Positions 46,134 through 57,025 of a DNA stretch of 64,000 bases are shown one piece after another (the first letter of the stretch is position 1; each line of letters opens with the position of its first letter). Below the pieces are notes generated by a model. The model worked only from the letters and a program-made list of their open reading frames with translations. It had not been told where the DNA came from and made no database searches. The translations under genes were made by a program, and so were the position numbers. The stretch comes from Clostridia bacterium (GTDB lineage Bacteria; Bacillota; Clostridia; Oscillospirales; CAG-272): NCBI GenBank assembly GCA_900769475.1, contig CAAGGQ010000230.1:519-64518 (forward strand), given 5' to 3'.

Positions 46134-47642
46134 ATGCAAACCAACATTTTAGAATATCTGGAGGCCACCGCCCCGCGGTTGCCCCAAAAGATCGCCTATT
46201 CGGATGGAAGCGACCACATGACCTTTGCCCAGCTTCACGAGGCTAGCCAAAGGATCGGCTCTGCCCTGGTGTCCGAGGGCTTTTCCAAGGGCCCCGTGGG
46301 GATCCTGATGAAAAAGCATCCCACCCAGGTGGCCGCTTTCTACGGTGTGGTCTATGCCGGTGGCTTTTATGTTCCCCTGGATATGGATATGCCCGCGGGA
46401 CGAATGGAAATGATCCTGGAAACCGTTGGAGCTCAGGCCTTGATCGTGGACGAAAAGGGCGAAACTCTTGCCAAAAAGTTGCATTATGCGGGAACAGTTC
46501 TTCGCTACGGTACGTTGGCCGCCGCTCCTATCCAAACCGAGGCGTTGAATGCGATCCGCCGTCGGCAGATCGATACCGATCCCATTTACATCGTGTTCAC
46601 CTCGGGCTCTACCGGTGTTCCCAAGGGCGTGGTGGCCTGCCATCGCTCGGTGATCGACTACACCGAGGCATTGTGCGATGCGTTGCAGTTCTCAGAGGAT
46701 TCGGTGTTTGCCAATCAAACGCCCCTTTTTTTCGACGCACCCCTCAAAGAGCTGATGCCCGTGATCAAACTTGGCGCTACCGCTTATTTCGTTCCCAAAT
46801 CCCTCTTTCTGTTTCCTATGCGCCTGTGCGATTTTTTGAACGAGCACGGCGTCAATACTGTTTGCTGGGTAGTGTCGGCTCTGACCATGATCTCCTCTCT
46901 GGGCGTCCTGGAAAAGAATCCCCCCCGCCATCTTACTACCATTGCCTTTGGAAGCGAGGTCTTTCCCAAGCGTCAGTATGAGCTGTGGCGACAGGCGTTG
47001 CCCGAGGCAACCTTCTACAATCTGTACGGTCCCACCGAGGCAACGGGAATGTCCTGCTATTGGAGAGCCGATCGGGATTTGGAGACGGAGGAGCCCATTC
47101 CCATCGGTCGCCCCTTCCGCAATACCGACCTTTTGCTGATCGGCGAGGATGGCCGCGAGGTGCAGGACAGAGAAATGGGAGAGGTCTACCTGCGAGGAAC
47201 CTGCGTGACCTTGGGATATTATAACCAGCCCGAAAAGACCTCCGAGGCCTTTGTGCAAAACCCTCTGCAATCGGCCTATCCCGAAATTGTTTATCGCACC
47301 GGGGACATTGCTTATCGCAATTCTCACGGGGAGCTGGTCTTCGTTTGCCGCAGAGATGCTCAGATCAAGCACATGGGGCATCGCATTGAGCTGGGCGAGA
47401 TCGAGACCGCCGCCCAAAAGGACGGGGGCGTGGATCAGACCTACTGTCTGTACGATACCGAGAAAAAGCAGATCGTGCTATTCTACACGGGTTCTGCCGA
47501 GCCCCAGGCCTTGATGACCACCCTCAAGCACTATCTGCCACGCTACATGCTGCCGTCGCTCTGCCATCGGCTGGAGCGCATGCCTCTGACGCCCAACGGG
47601 AAAAAGGATCGCAAGCAGCTGGCACAACGGTATTTTATGTAA
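46134..47642 (+). CDS. Stand-alone amino-acid adenylation enzyme, DltA-like (ANL superfamily)
   Basis: A3 FTSGSTGVPKGV, A5 YGPTE, A7 YRTGD, A8 GRRDAQIKHMGHRIELGEIE and A10 PNGKKDRK. No carrier domain. The start lies 2 nt after the upstream stop, with GGAGG inside the upstream gene. Confidence 0.8.
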   Translation: MQTNILEYLEATAPRLPQKIAYSDGSDHMTFAQLHEASQRIGSALVSEGFSKGPVGILMKKHPTQVAAFYGVVYAGGFYVPLDMDMPAGRMEMILETVGAQALIVDEKGETLAKKLHYAGTVLRYGTLAAAPIQTEALNAIRRRQIDTDPIYIVFTSGSTGVPKGVVACHRSVIDYTEALCDALQFSEDSVFANQTPLFFDAPLKELMPVIKLGATAYFVPKSLFLFPMRLCDFLNEHGVNTVCWVVSALTMISSLGVLEKNPPRHLTTIAFGSEVFPKRQYELWRQALPEATFYNLYGPTEATGMSCYWRADRDLETEEPIPIGRPFRNTDLLLIGEDGREVQDREMGEVYLRGTCVTLGYYNQPEKTSEAFVQNPLQSAYPEIVYRTGDIAYRNSHGELVFVCRRDAQIKHMGHRIELGEIETAAQKDGGVDQTYCLYDTEKKQIVLFYTGSAEPQALMTTLKHYLPRYMLPSLCHRLERMPLTPNGKKDRKQLAQRYFM

Positions 47643-47798
47643 AAAGGGAAAAGTCTTGGAAATGATTGTGGTTCGATTGCCAAAAGGCGTTTTGGATGCT
47701 GGATCACAACGGAGGGGCCCATTGTTTCGTTTTGGTGCCTTGAAAAAGAATTCTTTTCGCTTTTTTGGGGGAATTTTTCCAAAACCGCAAGAATTCGA

Positions 47799-47827
47799 TT
47801 GACAACCGTGGGAAAGTGTGCTATAAT
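47799..47827 (+). promoter_or_regulatory. Consensus SigA promoter of asnS
   Basis: TTGACA, 17 nt, TGcTATAAT. Confidence 0.65.
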
Positions 47828-47866
47828 AATTTGATGTAGAAATAACCATCCAAAAAGAGGTTTGAA

Positions 47867-49261
<1,395 letters not shown>

Positions 49262-49269
49262 TGCTTTTT

Positions 49270-49300
49270 GCCGGAGTGCCCCGTTCACTCCGGCATTTTT
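49270..49300 (+). terminator. Intrinsic terminator after asnS
   Basis: gccggagtg/cactccggc stem followed by attttt. Confidence 0.65.
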
Positions 49301-49326
49301 ACGGAAAAGAAAGGAATTGGGAATCT

Positions 49327-50739
49327 ATGAATACCGATATTATTATCGTTGGTGCGGGTCCCGCGGGGATCTTTACCGCATTGGAGCTTTTGCGCAAGGG
49401 AAGCAAACAGAAGATCGTCATCGTGGAAAAGGGAAGAGCGGTGGAGGATCGTAGCTGTCCCAAGGAAAAGACCGGCCGTTGCATGAATTGCAAGCCTTAC
49501 TGTCATATTACCACAGGTTTTTCGGGCGCGGGAGCGTTCTCGGACGGAAAGCTTTCTTTGAGCTGTGAGGTGGGCGGCGATCTTCCCAACCTTCTTGGGG
49601 CCGATGTTGTACAAAAGGTCACCGATTATACCGACACCATCTATCTGGAGTTTGGTGCCGATACCCACGTGGAGGGCGCCGAGATCAATGATGAGGTCAA
49701 GGAGATCCGCAAGCGCGCCATTCGTGCAGGACTAAAGCTGGTGGATTGTCCCATTCGTCACCTGGGCACCGAGAAGGCGCACCAACTGTATTGGGATATT
49801 GAAAAGTACTTGCAGGATCACGGCGTGGAGATCTATTTTGGCTGTGAGTGCCGGGATCTTTTACTGGAGGGAGACCGTTGCCTTGGCGTGATCGTTGCCC
49901 ATCAGAAGGGCGAAACCGAACAGATCCGTGCCAAGCACACCATCATTGCTACGGGACGCCGCGGTGCCGACTGGCTGGAAAAGCTGTGCGGCGAGCATAA
50001 CATTGCTCATCTGCCCGGTACCGTGGACATTGGTGTTCGCGTGGAGGTACGGAACGAGATCATGGAAAAGGTCAACAAGGTTCTGTACGAGTCCAAGCTC
50101 ATCGGTTATCCCGCCCCCTTCAAAAACAAGGTGCGTACTTTCTGTCAAAATCCCGGCGGCTTTGTCAGCCAGGAGAATTACGATAACGATCTGGCCGTGG
50201 TGAACGGACACTCCTACAAGGAGCGTAAATCTGACAATACTAACCTGGCCATTCTTTGCTCTCACAACTTCTCGGTGCCCTTCAATAAGCCCATCGAGTA
50301 TGCGCAAAAGGTTGGCGAGCTGACCAATATGCTGGGCGCGGGTCACATCATGGTGCAGCGCTTTGGCGATATTTTGGATGGGAAACGTACCTGGCAAAAG
50401 GAATTGGCGCAGTCCAACGTTCGTCCCACGCTTCCCGATGCGGTGGCAGGTGATATTACCGCGGCTATGCCGTACCGTGCCATGACCAACATCATCAACT
50501 TTATCCAGGCCATGGATCAGGTGGTTCCCGGCTTTGCTTCTTACGAAACGTTGCTGTATTCTCCCGAGCTGAAGTTCTACAGCAATCGCGTAAAGATGGA
50601 TGAGCGTCTGAACACCAACATCGAGGGCTTGCATTGCCTGGGTGACTCCAGCGGCTGGACCCGTGGGCTGATGATGGCCTCGGTGATGGGCGTGATCATG
50701 GGGCGCATCCTGGCGGAAGAAGAACATGCCGCACGGTAA
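49327..50739 (+). CDS. FAD-dependent oxidoreductase (COG2509-like)
   Basis: Dinucleotide-binding motif IIIVGAGPAGIF at the N-terminus. The overall layout matches uncharacterised FAD-dependent dehydrogenases. Confidence 0.75.
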   Translation: MNTDIIIVGAGPAGIFTALELLRKGSKQKIVIVEKGRAVEDRSCPKEKTGRCMNCKPYCHITTGFSGAGAFSDGKLSLSCEVGGDLPNLLGADVVQKVTDYTDTIYLEFGADTHVEGAEINDEVKEIRKRAIRAGLKLVDCPIRHLGTEKAHQLYWDIEKYLQDHGVEIYFGCECRDLLLEGDRCLGVIVAHQKGETEQIRAKHTIIATGRRGADWLEKLCGEHNIAHLPGTVDIGVRVEVRNEIMEKVNKVLYESKLIGYPAPFKNKVRTFCQNPGGFVSQENYDNDLAVVNGHSYKERKSDNTNLAILCSHNFSVPFNKPIEYAQKVGELTNMLGAGHIMVQRFGDILDGKRTWQKELAQSNVRPTLPDAVAGDITAAMPYRAMTNIINFIQAMDQVVPGFASYETLLYSPELKFYSNRVKMDERLNTNIEGLHCLGDSSGWTRGLMMASVMGVIMGRILAEEEHAAR

Positions 50740-51831
50740 ATGGGAGCGATTGCCATGGGAATTGAAAAAATAGATTCTAACTTTGCTACTGCTCAGATCA
50801 CGGCAGAGGGAGAAAAGGTACTTTATACCCTCCCTTGCGCCCCCTTTGATCTCTACGGTGTATTTTTTGATGAGAAAAATCATCGGTTTGTTCGTATGGA
50901 TCTCGACGTGGCACAGAATGTCAGCGATAAAGTATGCCATCTTTCCAAGCACACCTCCGGTGGGCGAGTGCGCTTTTCTACCGATTCCACCTTCTTTGGA
51001 GTAACGGTGGCCTACGATACTTTTAACCGAATGTCCCATATGCCTCTTTTGGGCTCCTCCGGTATGACCCTTCTGGAGGAGAAAGAGAACGGTGAGGTTC
51101 GTCTGATCCACAGCGTTCAGCCCTCCTATCGCAAGGAAACGGGGTATACCTCGTCGGTAAAGCTTCGCGGAGGTAAGATGCGGAATTATATTCTGTATTT
51201 CCCGCTTTATAACTTTATCAGTTCGCTTCAGATCGAGCTGGATGCAGGCGCGCAGATCGCCGGAGGAAGGAAATATAAGGACGAACTGCCGATCCTGTAT
51301 TACGGCTCCTCCATCACCCAAGGCGGATGCGCCAGCCGTCCCGACAACTGCTACCAAGCGTTGATCTCCAAGTGGAACAACATCGATTATATCAATCTTG
51401 GTTTTAGCGGAAACGGTAAGGGAGAGCAGGCCATGGCGGAGTATTTGGGACAGACCCCCTGTAGCCTTTTTGTTATGGACTACGATCACAACGCTCCCAA
51501 CGCTGAACACCTGGAAAAAACGCATTTCCCGTTTTACGAAACTTTCCGAAAGCTGCAACCCGATACGCCGATCCTGATGATCAGCATGCCGGATTGTGAC
51601 CGAATTCCGGAACAGGCAAAGGAGCGCGAGGCGATCATTCGCAAGAGTTATCGCAAGGCAAAGGCACATGGTGATACCAACGTTTATTTCCTTTCTGGCA
51701 AAACCCTGTTTGGCAAGGAGGATCGCGTCAACTGCACCGTGGATCGCGTTCATCCAAACGATCTGGGCTTTTACCGCATGGCAAAGAAGATCTATCAAAA
51801 GATGAAGCAGATCGATAAAAAATTTCAATAA
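50740..51831 (+). CDS. SGNH/GDSL hydrolase family protein
   Basis: Block I YYGSSITQG, block II GFSGNG and block V VHPNDLG. An N-terminal beta-rich domain precedes them. Confidence 0.75.
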   Translation: MGAIAMGIEKIDSNFATAQITAEGEKVLYTLPCAPFDLYGVFFDEKNHRFVRMDLDVAQNVSDKVCHLSKHTSGGRVRFSTDSTFFGVTVAYDTFNRMSHMPLLGSSGMTLLEEKENGEVRLIHSVQPSYRKETGYTSSVKLRGGKMRNYILYFPLYNFISSLQIELDAGAQIAGGRKYKDELPILYYGSSITQGGCASRPDNCYQALISKWNNIDYINLGFSGNGKGEQAMAEYLGQTPCSLFVMDYDHNAPNAEHLEKTHFPFYETFRKLQPDTPILMISMPDCDRIPEQAKEREAIIRKSYRKAKAHGDTNVYFLSGKTLFGKEDRVNCTVDRVHPNDLGFYRMAKKIYQKMKQIDKKFQ

Positions 51832-51840
51832 TGAAAGAAA

Positions 51841-51875
51841 TAGCGGAAGACGTTAAAATCTTCCGCTACTTTTTT
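51841..51875. terminator. Bidirectional hairpin terminator between convergent hydrolase genes
   Basis: tagcggaaga/tcttccgcta stem followed by T-run. Confidence 0.65.
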
Positions 51876-52947
51876 ATTTGAATTGATATTCCCGATAGGC
51901 TTTTTCTTCCAGATACTGATCGATCAGCGTCTGAAGCCCCTTCATATCGCTTTCGGACTTGAAGATCTCGGGATAGTTGGTGGTAGCACCGTTGTAGGTG
52001 TAATATTTGCTTTTGAACTCCGAGAAGGTGCGCCAGGTGGTCTCGGCAAAATCGTAGGTCTGTCCCACGGCACTCTTGCCGGTGATGGCACAGTAGGTCA
52101 TCAGCGTGGTGATATAGCCTGCCAGCTGATTGGGGTGGTAACCGTCGGAGGCACTTTTGCAAACCGCAAAGCTGTTCTTATTGTAGCTTTGCAGAGCGCC
52201 GGGAACGGTAGTTTCTCCCTTGATCACGTCAGACACCAGCTTGCCCCAGTCCACAATGGTAAAGCCCCACTCCTCAATGGTTTTGAGGTTGTTGAGAATG
52301 TTGATGGGGAAGGTGGGGGAGACCGAAACGTTATGGGCGCCCGAGCTGCAAAGATAGACGAATTTGACGTTGGGATTTGCCGCTTGGAACATGTCCATGA
52401 TGAAACGGATGTTGCCAAGGAAGCTTTCCTCGGTGGTAGCCGAAGCTCTTTCGCCGGAAACGATAACATAGTCGTAATTGCGGTCGGTGAGGTAGGAGAA
52501 GTGATCCTCGCCCTTGCAGCTCTTTTCGGCGTTGCATTTTCCCGAACAGAAGGAGCTCAGTCCGTGACCTCCAAAGGTAAAGTTGGTAACCGACACGTTC
52601 TCGCCGTTGGCTTTGCAGAGCTGATAGAAATAGCCCTTATCGTTCACGCGGTCGGATTGCTTCAAATAGGATGTGCTCTTTTCCAAAACCGTTTGTCCGT
52701 AATAAACGAAAGAGTCACCAATAAAAATAATTTTTTTGCCGTCCAATGAAATGACCTCCGGATCGTTTTGTTCAGGTTCTTTCTCTGTGGTAAGAGCTTC
52801 TGTAGGCTGTTCTGTAGGAGCTTCCGTGGGAGAAGAGGGGGAGGTGGTTGCTGATATTGTTGGATCAGAGGGGACATCTTGGCTACATCCAACCAGAAGA
52901 AGCGGAGCGCAAAGCAGGAACGCTAAGACAAGACACAATTTTTTCAT
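51874..52947 (-). CDS. SGNH-like esterase lipoprotein (DUF4886-like)
   Basis: Lipobox LLLVGCSQ, a Pro/Thr/Glu-rich linker, FIGDSFVYYG (block I-like) and DGYHPN (block V-like). The ATG at 52947 is preferred over the TTG at 52956. Confidence 0.7.
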   Translation of the reverse strand: MKKLCLVLAFLLCAPLLLVGCSQDVPSDPTISATTSPSSPTEAPTEQPTEALTTEKEPEQNDPEVISLDGKKIIFIGDSFVYYGQTVLEKSTSYLKQSDRVNDKGYFYQLCKANGENVSVTNFTFGGHGLSSFCSGKCNAEKSCKGEDHFSYLTDRNYDYVIVSGERASATTEESFLGNIRFIMDMFQAANPNVKFVYLCSSGAHNVSVSPTFPINILNNLKTIEEWGFTIVDWGKLVSDVIKGETTVPGALQSYNKNSFAVCKSASDGYHPNQLAGYITTLMTYCAITGKSAVGQTYDFAETTWRTFSEFKSKYYTYNGATTNYPEIFKSESDMKGLQTLIDQYLEEKAYREYQFK

Positions 52948-52973
52948 AAAGATCAATTCCTTTTTCGAATAAA

Positions 52974-54629
52974 TTATTTCTTAGGAAAGCTATCCTTCAG
53001 TCCAACCACGCGGTTGAAGGTGTTGGCGTTCTTGGTATCCTTACAGAAATAGCCTACGCGAACAAACTGGAATCTTTCTCCTGCTGCAGCAGTTTCCAGG
53101 CTGGGCTCAACCATTGCTGTATCGACCTTGGAGAGTGAATCGGGATTCAGGAAGTCCAGATAGGTCTTTCCCTCGGGAACTTCTGCGGTGTTTTCAATGT
53201 TGAACAGTCGGTCATAGAGCATCATCGATGCAGGACGCGCGTATTTTGCAGAGAGCCAATGGATCGTTCCCTTGATCTTTCTGCCGTCTGCGGGCATTCC
53301 GTTTCCGGTTTCCAGATCTGCGGTGGCGTGAATGCACTTGATACTGCCATCCTCGTTCTTTTCAATGCCGGCATATTTGATGATATAGCCGTTCATCAAA
53401 CGAACCTCGCCATCCGGCTTCAAGCGGAAGAACTTGGGAGGCGGTACCTCTGCAAAGTCGTCGGCATCAATATAGATCTCGCGCGTCATGGGAAGTTGGC
53501 GCGTTCCGAGCTCGGGCTTTTGCGGATGGTTAGAGACGGTGAGCATTTCCTCGCGATCCTCGGGGTAGTTGTCGATGATCACCTTGATGGGATTGACCAC
53601 CGCGATACGGCGAGGCGCGTTCTCGTTGAGATCATCGCGCACGCAGGCCTCCAGCTGACGCACGTCCACGGTATGGTCGGTGTTGGTTACACCCGCTTCT
53701 CTGACAAAGGTAAAGAGGGCATTGGGGGTATATCCGCGGCGGCGAAGTGCGCAAAGCGTGGGGAGACGGGGATCATCCCAGCCGTCTACGTAATTTTCTT
53801 CCACCAGTTGGCGGAGATAACGCTTGGACATCACCGTGTAGGTAATGTTCATGCGACCGAATTCCCATTGATGAGGCTTTTGTGCAAAGCCGATCTTATT
53901 GACTACCCAGTCATAAAGGGGACGGTGGTTACGGAATTCGCTGGAACAGAGAGAGTGGGTAATTCCTTCAAGAGCGTCCTGAATCGGATGCGCAAAGTCA
54001 TACATGGGGTAAACACACCACTCATCTCCTTGGCGGTGATGGTGGATATGCTTGATGCGGTAAATGACGGGATCGCGCAGATAGGGGTTGTCGGAAGAGG
54101 GATCGATCTTTGCGCGGAGCGTGCGTGCACCGTCGGGGAATTCGCCGTTCTTCATTCTTTCAAAGAGCGCAAGATTTTCCTCCACCGAACGGTTACGATA
54201 GGGAGATTCCTTGGAAGCGATCGCGCGGTCGGTTCCCTTGTAGTCGGCAAGATCGTCCTTGGAGAGGTCGCAAACGTAAGCGTCACCCTGCTTGATCAGC
54301 TGAACGGCAAACTCGTAGCATTTTCCAAAATAGTCCGAGCCGTAGAATACGCCGCCTGTGGGGGCTGCGCCCAACCACTCCAAATCCTCACGGATCGAGC
54401 GTACGAATTCGTCCGACTCCTTTGCGGGGTTCGTGTCATCGTAACGCAGATTGAAAAGACCGTTGTATTTGTTGGCAACGTCGGTGTTGATGCAGATTGC
54501 CTTGACCGAGCCGATGTGGAGATATCCGTTAGGCTCGGGAGGGAAGCGGGTGTGGATCTTCAGGTTGGGATCTTCGCGCAGATCCTCGTCGATAATGTCG
54601 TGAATAAAGTTTCTTTCAATTTCTGCCAT
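52974..54629 (-). CDS. glnS: Glutamine--tRNA ligase
   Basis: RFPPEPNGYLHIGS (HIGH) and VMSKR (KMSKS), with a C-terminal anticodon-binding beta-barrel. The start is uncertain: ATG 54629 or TTG 54656. Confidence 0.9.
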   Translation of the reverse strand: MAEIERNFIHDIIDEDLREDPNLKIHTRFPPEPNGYLHIGSVKAICINTDVANKYNGLFNLRYDDTNPAKESDEFVRSIREDLEWLGAAPTGGVFYGSDYFGKCYEFAVQLIKQGDAYVCDLSKDDLADYKGTDRAIASKESPYRNRSVEENLALFERMKNGEFPDGARTLRAKIDPSSDNPYLRDPVIYRIKHIHHHRQGDEWCVYPMYDFAHPIQDALEGITHSLCSSEFRNHRPLYDWVVNKIGFAQKPHQWEFGRMNITYTVMSKRYLRQLVEENYVDGWDDPRLPTLCALRRRGYTPNALFTFVREAGVTNTDHTVDVRQLEACVRDDLNENAPRRIAVVNPIKVIIDNYPEDREEMLTVSNHPQKPELGTRQLPMTREIYIDADDFAEVPPPKFFRLKPDGEVRLMNGYIIKYAGIEKNEDGSIKCIHATADLETGNGMPADGRKIKGTIHWLSAKYARPASMMLYDRLFNIENTAEVPEGKTYLDFLNPDSLSKVDTAMVEPSLETAAAGERFQFVRVGYFCKDTKNANTFNRVVGLKDSFPKK

Positions 54630-54660
54630 TGTTTTATTCCAAAACCTTTCCTTCAAAAGA

Positions 54661-56340
54661 TCAGATCTTTTCGATCATATTTGCAATGCGTGCTCTCGTT
54701 TCATCCTCACCGAGAATCTGCATCACGGTGTAGAGGTCGGGGGCGTTGAGCTTTCCGGTCACGGCAACGCGCAGGAACATGCTCACATCGGCAATGTTAC
54801 CGGGGAAGGCGGTGGGGTCTGCCTTGTAAGCCTTCATATCGTCGCAGTAGCCGATCTCGCGAGTCACGGTCTTGACCTTATCAAACCAGGCGTTCATATC
54901 GTCTGCGGAATCGTAGGAATCCAGGAAGAGGGACAAGGCCTTTTTTACAGTATCCTTATTATGCTCACCGGAGAAATCGTCAATCTGCTCGTAGTTGTAG
55001 AAGAAGCCCATGTAAGGCTTAACGTCCGCCCAAGTGGCAAAGTCTTTTCTCGGTTTTTTGCCGCCGCGACCAATGGCAAAGATGGTCTTTGCAAAGTCGG
55101 GAGAAGTCTGGAGTTGCTTGCCAAATGTGGGATCGAACTCCAGAGCCCAAGCCGTAACCTGCTCGTAGACCTCTTCGGCACTCATGCGAGAGATGACGTT
55201 TTTGCTGACGTCGTTCAGCTTGTTGAAATCAAACAGGCATCCCGAGGAGCTCATTTTCTTGATATTGAAGGGGAAGTCGGTGTAGGGCTTGTCGGGATTC
55301 TGCATATGCCACTCCTCGTAGTTGGAGTTGAGCAGGGTCATGATATATTCGCAAACGCAGGCGGGGGCATAGCCCATACGGCTGTAGTCGTCCATGTTGG
55401 CGCCCATGTCGCGCTTGGAAAGCTTCTTCTTGTTGCCATTCTCGTCCAAACGCATGATCTGTGCGATGTGCATGTACTTGGGCATGCGGAAGCCCAGATA
55501 ACGGAAGAGCATAATATGCTTTGCCAGGCTGGGGAGCCATTCCTCGCCGCGGATCACATGGGTGGTGCCCATGAGGTGATCGTCCACGGCGTGGGCAAAG
55601 TGGTAGGTGGGGATGCCGTCGGACTTAAGAAGAACGAAGTCCTCGTCATTTTCGGGAATCTCCAGCTTGCCCTTGATCAGATCGGTAAAGGGAGTCTTTT
55701 TGTCGGGATCTCCGTCGGCCAACAGACGCAGAACGAAGGGGTTGTCAGCCTTGAGGTTCTCCTCCACCTCTTCCATGGTGATGGCGCGTGCCTTGAGCAT
55801 GGCTTCTTTTTGTGCCGTTTGATCCTCGTGCCAGTCCTTGGCCTTGATCTCGGCCTTCTTGTCCACAGCGTTCAGGGCGTCCAGTTCCTCTTGCGTAGTA
55901 AACACGGGGTAAGCCTTTCCTTCACTTACCAACTGCTTGGCGTATACGTGATAGATGGGGCCGCGCTGGCTCTGACGGTAAGGTCCGTAGATGCCCTTAT
56001 CGCAAATGCCGCCGTCCTCGCCGATCACCGCACCCTCGTCAAAGTGAATTCCATAGTGTGCCAGGGTTTTGATCAAGCCCTCGGCTGCACCGTCCACCTC
56101 GCGCTTGGCGTCGGTATCTTCGATGCGAAGATAGAGAACACCGCCGCTCTGGTGTGCCAATCGTTCCCCGATGGTGGTGGGGAAGAGACCGCCAAAGTGA
56201 ACAAAGCCCGTGGGGCTGGGCGCAAAGCGGGTGACTTTTGCCCCTTCGGGAAGATTGCGGGGCGGGAATTGGGCTTCCATGTCCGCGGGGGTCTGAGAAA
56301 CCTGTGGGAACAGAAGATCGGCAAGCTTTTGATAATCCAT
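54661..56340 (-). CDS. gltX: Glutamate--tRNA ligase (long form, 559 aa)
   Basis: RFAPSPTGFVHFGG (HIGH-like), LRIEDTD and KLSKRD (KMSKS). Confidence 0.9.
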   Translation of the reverse strand: MDYQKLADLLFPQVSQTPADMEAQFPPRNLPEGAKVTRFAPSPTGFVHFGGLFPTTIGERLAHQSGGVLYLRIEDTDAKREVDGAAEGLIKTLAHYGIHFDEGAVIGEDGGICDKGIYGPYRQSQRGPIYHVYAKQLVSEGKAYPVFTTQEELDALNAVDKKAEIKAKDWHEDQTAQKEAMLKARAITMEEVEENLKADNPFVLRLLADGDPDKKTPFTDLIKGKLEIPENDEDFVLLKSDGIPTYHFAHAVDDHLMGTTHVIRGEEWLPSLAKHIMLFRYLGFRMPKYMHIAQIMRLDENGNKKKLSKRDMGANMDDYSRMGYAPACVCEYIMTLLNSNYEEWHMQNPDKPYTDFPFNIKKMSSSGCLFDFNKLNDVSKNVISRMSAEEVYEQVTAWALEFDPTFGKQLQTSPDFAKTIFAIGRGGKKPRKDFATWADVKPYMGFFYNYEQIDDFSGEHNKDTVKKALSLFLDSYDSADDMNAWFDKVKTVTREIGYCDDMKAYKADPTAFPGNIADVSMFLRVAVTGKLNAPDLYTVMQILGEDETRARIANMIEKI

Positions 56341-56376
56341 GGTTGTGTATCCTTTCTTGAGTGGCCAATGGCCGTT

Positions 56377-56988
56377 TCAAATATCCAGTTTGTTGAGTGC
56401 CCGTTCCAGAGTGGTGGAGTCACCGTGGCCGGGATAGATGGGAAGATGTCCGGGAAGCTCCTTCAGAGAGAGCAGAGAACGCATCAGCGTAGCACCGTCG
56501 CCGCTGTAAAGATCAAAGCGCCCGTAGCCTCCGTCAAAGAGGGTGTCTCCTGTGATCAAAAATTCATCGTTGCACAGGTAGCACACCGAGCCGCAGGTGT
56601 GTCCGGGAGTGTGAAGCACTCGAATGGGCTCTTCTCCAAGCCACAGGGTTTGCCCGTCGATTAACCCTTCCTCGGGAGTGCGGTAGGCACGATCCATAAA
56701 GAAGAAATCCTGAAACGCATTTTTGTGGGAATCGGAGGGGAAATCCAACTCCGAGGTGTGGATCATGGCGGGGACACCGGTCTCCTGCCGCAAGCTATCC
56801 AAAGAAACGATGTGATCAAAATGCCCATGGGTCAAAAGAATAAACCGCAGGGACGCACCTTCTTCCCGTAGCGCTTGAACCAGGGTTTTAGCGTCGGCAC
56901 TGGGATCCACAATGGCCGCGTTGCCGCCGCTGATCAGCAGGTAGCAGTTGGAGCCCCAGGAGCCGGGATAAAGATTGCGGATACGCAA
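56377..56988 (-). CDS. MBL-fold metallo-hydrolase (glyoxalase II-like)
   Basis: LLTHGHFDH metal motif, HTPGHT and GHG. AAAGGAGGGAGAG lies 6 nt before the TTG at 56988. The track's ATG at 57018 would sit at the predicted TSS. Confidence 0.8.
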   Translation of the reverse strand: MRIRNLYPGSWGSNCYLLISGGNAAIVDPSADAKTLVQALREEGASLRFILLTHGHFDHIVSLDSLRQETGVPAMIHTSELDFPSDSHKNAFQDFFFMDRAYRTPEEGLIDGQTLWLGEEPIRVLHTPGHTCGSVCYLCNDEFLITGDTLFDGGYGRFDLYSGDGATLMRSLLSLKELPGHLPIYPGHGDSTTLERALNKLDI

Positions 56989-57025
56989 GCCTCTCCCTCC
57001 TTTATTAAAAACAATCATTCATTCT

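Noticed and set aside
47661-47801. 46-codon ORF after the DltA-like gene, considered as a possible DltC/DltX-like partner
   Set aside because: It has no Ser-containing phosphopantetheine attachment motif. It is basic and low-complexity, has a weak SD, and overlaps a palindromic terminator-like element and the asnS promoter.
47643-47866. T-box leaders upstream of asnS, and of gltX at 56341-56376
   Set aside because: There is no GGGTGGTACCGCG-like T-box sequence. The asnS promoter lies only about 35 nt from the RBS, and gltX has only a 36-nt gap to the upstream gene.
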